In this document: positions 58,761 through 64,000 of the stretch, one piece after another | How positions within the stretch are numbered: the first letter of the stretch is position 1 | How the letters are laid out: every line of letters starts with the position of its first letter | Assembly: GCA_009914755.4 (NCBI GenBank) | Contig: CP068257.2 | Location: forward strand, 7,072,001-7,136,000 | Source: the human T2T-CHM13v2.0 reference genome, Homo sapiens | DNA: 64,000 nt | Reading direction: 5' to 3' | The notes under the pieces: generated by a model | What the model was told of the DNA's origin: nothing | The model's input: the letters and a program-made list of their open reading frames with translations, nothing else | The model's database searches: none | Translations under genes and position numbers: made by a program

Positions 58761-61700
58761 AATGGAATGTACTCCAGTGGAATAGAATGAAATTATATGG
58801 TCTCAAATTGAATGGAACGGAATGGACTTGAATGGAAGAGAATGGAATTGAATGGAATGGACAAGAATGAAATGGAATGGAATGGACTCGAATGGAATGG
58901 AACCTAAAGGAATGGAATAGAATGGAATGGACCCGAATGGAATGGATAGGAATGCAATGGAATCGAATGTGATGGAATGTATTGGAATGGACTCGAATGG
59001 AATGGATAGGAATGGACCCGAACGGAATGGAAAGGAATGGTCTCGAGTGGAAAGGAATGGAATGTCATGGACTTGAGTGGAATGGAATAGACTCGAATAG
59101 AATGGAAAGGAATGGACCAGAATGGGATGGAATGGAATGGACCGGAATGGTATGGTATGGAATGGAATGGATTTGAATGAATAGAATTGAATGGAGTGGA
59201 ATGGACTTGAAAGAATTGGAATGGAATGCAATCGAATAGAATGGAATAGACATGAATGGAATGGAATGGATTGGAATGGAATGAACTCGAATGGAATACA
59301 ATGGAATGTAATGGAATGGACTCTAATGGAATGGAATGGAATAGACTTGAATGGAATAGAATGGAAGAGGCGCGAATGGAATAGAATGGAATGGACTCGA
59401 GTACAATGGAATGGATTCAAAAGGAATAGAATGGAATGGACCTCAATGGAATGGAGAGAATGGAGTGGAATGGAATAAAATGGAATGGAGAGGAATTGAA
59501 TAGAATGAAATGAAATGGACTCAAAAGGAATGAAATGTTATTGAATGGAATGGAATGGAATAGAATAGACTCGAAGGGAATGTAATTAAATGGAATCGAA
59601 AAGAGAGGAATGGCATTGAATGGAATGTTATGGAATGGAATGGAATGGAATAGAAAGGAATGGAATGGAGTGTAATGGATTAGAATGGAATGGAATAGAC
59701 TTGAAGGGAATGTAATTAAATGGAATCGAAAGAGTGGAATGGCATCGAATGGAATGTTATAGAATGGAATGGAATGGAATAGAAAGCAATGGAATGGATT
59801 GGAATGGAATGGAACAAAAAGGAATGGACTCGAAAGGAAAGGAATGGACTCCAATGGAAACGAATGAAATGGAATGGACTCGAATGGAATACAGTGGAAT
59901 TTACTGGATTGGAATATAATGGTATGGACTCTAATGGAATGGAAAGGAATGGAATCGAATGGAATAGAATGGAATGGAATTGACTTGAATGGAATGGAAG
60001 GGAATGGAGTGGAATGGAACGGAATGGGCTTCGATGGAATAGAATGAATTAGAATGGAATGCACTCAAATGAAATGAAATGGAAAGGACTCGAATGCAAT
60101 GGAATGGACTTGAATGTACTGAAATTGATTGGAATCGACATGAAGGGAATGGAATGGAATGGACTCAAGTGGAATGGAAAGGAACGGACTCGAACGGAAT
60201 ATAATGGAATGGAAAGGATTCGAAAGGAATGGAATGGAATGGACAGGAAAAGAATTGAATGGGATTGGAATGGAATCGAATGGAAGGGAACCGAATGGAA
60301 CTGAATGGAATAGAATGGAATGGACCACACTCGAATGGAATGGAATGGACACGAATGGAATGAAATGGAGCGGAATGGAATGGAATGGAATGGAATGGAA
60401 TGGAATGGAATGGAATATCATGGTTTGGAATGGAATGGACTTGAATGAAATGGAATGGAATGGACTCGAATGGAATAGAATGGACTCGAGTGGAAAGGAA
60501 AAAAATGGACTCGAATGGAATGGAATGGAATGGACAGGAATGGAATGAAATGGAAAGGAGTCAGAATGGAATGGAATGGAATGGAATGGAAAGGAATGGA
60601 CCCGAATAGCATGGAATAGAATGCAAAGGAATGGACTAGAATGGAATGGAATAGAATGGAATCGAATGGACTTCAATGGACTTGAAAACAATGGAATGGA
60701 AGACAATGGAATGGAATCAAATGGAATGCAATGGAATTGACTCAAATTCAATTGAACGGAGAGGTCACAAAAGGAAATGGTGGAATGGAACAGACTGGAA
60801 TTTAATGGAAAGGAATCAATTGGGCTGAAATGGAATGGAATTGAATGGACACAAATCGAATGGAATGTAAAGGAATGGAATGGACTCGAATGGAATGGAA
60901 TCGAATGGAATGGTCTCCAGTGGAATGGAATAGACTCCAAAGGAATGGAATTGACTGGACCCGAATTGAATGAAGAAAATGGAGTGCAATGGAATAGAAT
61001 TGAATGGAGAGGAATGGAATAGAATGAAATGAAACGGACTCAAAAGAAATGGAATGGTATTGAATGGAATGGAATGGAAAGGATTGGAATGGAATGAATG
61101 GAATCAAAAGGAATGGAATGGAATGGACCCAAGTGGAATGGAATGTAGTGGAATGGAATAGAATGGAATGAAATAGACTCCAAGGGAATGTAATGAAATG
61201 GACACGAAAAGTATGGAATGGCATGGAATGGAATGGAATGGAATGGAATAGAATGGAATGGAATGGAATTGAAAGGAATGGCATGGATTGGAATGGAATG
61301 GAATGGAAAGGAGTGGACTCAAATGGAAAGGAATGGACTCGAATGGAATGGAATGAAATGGAATGGACTCTAATGGAATACAGTAGAATTTACTGGATTG
61401 GAATCTAATGGTATGGACTCTAATGAAATGGAATGGAATGGAATCGAATGGAATAAGATGGAATAGAAATGACTCAAATGGAATGGAATGGCATGGAGTG
61501 GAATGGAATGGAATGGTCTTCAATGGAATAGAATGGAGTGGAATGCAATGGACTCGAATGAAAAGGAAAGGAAACTACTCAAATGCAATGGAATGGACTC
61601 GAAAGGAAAGTAATTGATTGGAATGGATTCGAGTGGAATGGAATGGAATGAACTCAAGTGGAATGGAATGGACTCGAAAGGAATATAATGGAATGGATTG

Positions 61701-64000
61701 GATTCGAAAGGAATGGATTGGAATAGACACGAATGGAATGGAATGGAGTGGAATGGAATGGACCCGAATTGAATGGAATGGAATGGAATGGAATGGAATG
61801 GAATGGAAAGGAATGGAAAGGAACACCCTTGAATGGAATGGAATGGAATGGACACGAATGGAATGGAATGGAATGGAACGGAATGAAAAGGAACACACAT
61901 GAATGGAATTGAATGCAAAGGACACGAATGGAATGGAATGGAGTGGATTGGAATGACATGGAGTGGAATGGAATGGAATGGAATGGAACGGAATTGAATG
62001 GAATGGACTTGCATGAAATGGAATGGAATGGACTCAAATGGAATAGAATTGAATCGAGTGGAAAGGAATGGAATGGACTCGAATGGAATGGAATGGAATG
62101 GACTCGAATGGAATGGAATGGAATGGACTCGAATGGAATGGTATGGCATGGAAAGGTCTTGAATGGAATGGAATGGAATGGAATGGAATGAAGTGGCCTC
62201 GAATGGAATGGAATGGATTGGAATGGACTCGAATGAAATGGAATAGACTCGAATGGATTGGAAGAGAATGGAATCGACTAGAGTGCAATGGAATGGAATG
62301 GAATGGATTCGAATGGAATGGAATGAACCCGAATGGAATTGAACAGATTGGAACGGAACGGAGGGGAACGGAACGGAATGGACTCACATGGAATGGAATA
62401 GACTCGAATGGAATAGACTCGAATGCAATGAAATGCTTTGGAATGGACTCGAATACAATGGAATACAATGGACTTGAATGGAATTCAATGGACTCGAAAG
62501 GAATGGAATGGAATGCAATGGAATGGAATCAAATGGAATGCAATGGACTTGACTCGAATGGAATTGAATGGAGTGGCCACGAATGGAAGGTGTGGAATGG
62601 GATGGACTTGAATTGAATGGAAAGTAATGGAGTGGGCTCAAATGGAATGGAATGGAATGGAATTGAATGGACTAGAATCGAATGTAATGTAATGGAGTGG
62701 AATGGACAGGAATGGAATGGAATGGAATGGAATTGAGTAGAATGCAAAGGACTCTAAAGGAATGTAATGGAATGGACCCAAATGGAATGGAGAGAATGGA
62801 GTGGAATGGAATAGAATGGAATGGAGAGGAATGGAATAGAATGAAATGAAATGGATTCAAATGGAATGGAATGGTATTGAATGGAATGGAATGGATTGGA
62901 ATGGAATGGAATGGAATGGAAGCGAGTAGAATGCAAAGGACTCGAAAAGAATGGAATGGAATGGACCCGAATGGAATGGAGAGAATGGAGTGGAATGGAA
63001 TAGAATGGAATGGAGAGGAATGGAATAGAATGAAATGAAATGGATTCAAATGGAATGGAATGGTATTGAATGGAATGGAATGGAATGGAATGGAATGGAT
63101 TGGAATGAAATATAATGGAATTGAATGGACTTGAATGGAATGAATGGAATTGAAAGGAATGGAATGAAATGAAACCGAACGGAATGGAATAGAATGGACT
63201 CGAATGGAATGGAATAGAATGGACTTGAATGGAATTAAATGTACTCGAAAGGAATGGAATGGAATGGAATGGAATCAAATGGAATTGAATGGAATGTAAT
63301 GGAACTGACTCAAATGCAATTTAATGCAGTGGCCACGAATGGAAGGGTTGGAATGGAATGAATTGGAATTGAATGGAAAGGAATGGATTGGACTCAAATG
63401 GAATGGAATGGAATGGATTGGAATAGAATTGAATGGAATGGATTCAAATAGAATGGCATGGAACGGAATGGACTCGAATGCAATAGAAAGGAATGGACTC
63501 GAATGCAATGGTATGGAATTGAATGTAATAGAGTAGAATGGACTCCAATGGAATGGAATGGAATTGAATAGACTAGAATAGAATAGAATGACACGGAATG
63601 GAATGAACTCGAATGGAATGGAATGGAATGGAATGGAATTAAATGGACTGGAATGGAATGGAATGGAAGGGAATGGAATGGAATGCATTTGAAATGAATG
63701 GACCCGAAAAGCATGGAATGGAATGGAATGGAATTGAAAGAAGTGGCTATGAATGGAATGGAATGGAATGGAATGGACTTGAATGAAAAGGAAAGGACTC
63801 GAATGGAATGGAATGGAATGGAATGGAATCAACTCCAGTGCAAAGGAATGGAATTGAATGGATGCGAATGGAATGGACCCAAATGGAATGGAACAGAATG
63901 GAATGCAACGGAATGGAGAGGAACGGAATGGAATGGAACGGAATGGAATGGAACGGGACAGAATGGAACGGAACGCAATGGATTGAAATGGAATGGAATA

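Larger units (their letters stand above)
29756..64000 (+). repeat. (GGAAT)n pentameric satellite, HSat2/3 family and most consistent with HSat3; single orientation with G-rich strand on +, continuing beyond the window
   Basis: From 29,756 ('...ccttctctggaatggaatagaatgaaatggaatgg') every 60-nt line is built from GGAAT/GGAAC/GGACT/GAATC variants. The frequent 'GGACTCGAATGGAATGG' interruptions are typical of HSat3. The 23/26-bp 'CATCATCGAATGGAATCGAATGGAAT' organisation of HSat2 is absent. No alpha satellite or telomeric repeat seen. No strand switch and no TE insertion seen in >34 kb. Confidence 0.95.

Noticed and set aside
29756-64000. Hundreds of ORFs up to 373 aa (e.g. 43032-44153, 30706-31365, 38197-38991, 44246-45295) with MEWNGMEWNG..., FHSIPFHSIPF..., HSIRVHSIPF... 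proteins on both strands
   Set aside because: These are translations of the (GGAAT)n / (ATTCC)n pentamer in its different frames. The low-complexity periodic peptides, the ORFs in all six frames overlapping each other, and the absence of stops are trivial consequences of a repeat lacking TAA/TAG/TGA in most frames. They are not genes.
29756-64000. Classification as HSat2, alpha satellite or telomere-like repeat
   Set aside because: I saw no 171-bp alpha-satellite monomers, no TTAGGG runs, and no CATCATCGAATGGAATCGAATGGAAT-type 23/26-bp HSat2 signature. The array is GGAAT-dominated with GGACTCGAATGG interruptions, so HSat3-like, though a subfamily-level call needs a k-mer tool.

Overview
No bacterial, phage or plasmid system is present in this window. 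It is primate (human-like) nuclear DNA spanning a euchromatin-to-heterochromatin junction. Positions 1-29,755 are AT-rich single-copy sequence with at least 27 Alu insertions on both strands, several with intact target-site duplications and poly-A tails. This part also carries L1, L2 and MIR fragments, (CA)n and (AAAT)n microsatellites, a truncated U2 snRNA retro-pseudogene, a ~1.5-kb Alu-containing inverted duplication, and one strong CpG island at about 17.48-18.72 kb that looks like a gene promoter or first exon. I could not identify the gene. At position ~29,756 the sequence switches abruptly into an uninterrupted (GGAAT)n pentameric satellite of the HSat2/3 family, most consistent with HSat3. 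It runs to the window end (more than 34 kb) in a single orientation, G-rich strand on +. The array is a mosaic of locally duplicated higher-order blocks: a ~3.85-kb period in 2 copies, a ~0.83-kb period in 2 copies, a near-identical ~1.08-kb block pair 1.54 kb apart, a ~1.85-2.4-kb period in at least 4 copies, and several perfect 60-140 bp tandem micro-duplications. Every ORF in the supplied track is best explained as a translation artifact of Alu, CpG-island or pentamer-repeat sequence. I could not support any protein-coding gene.
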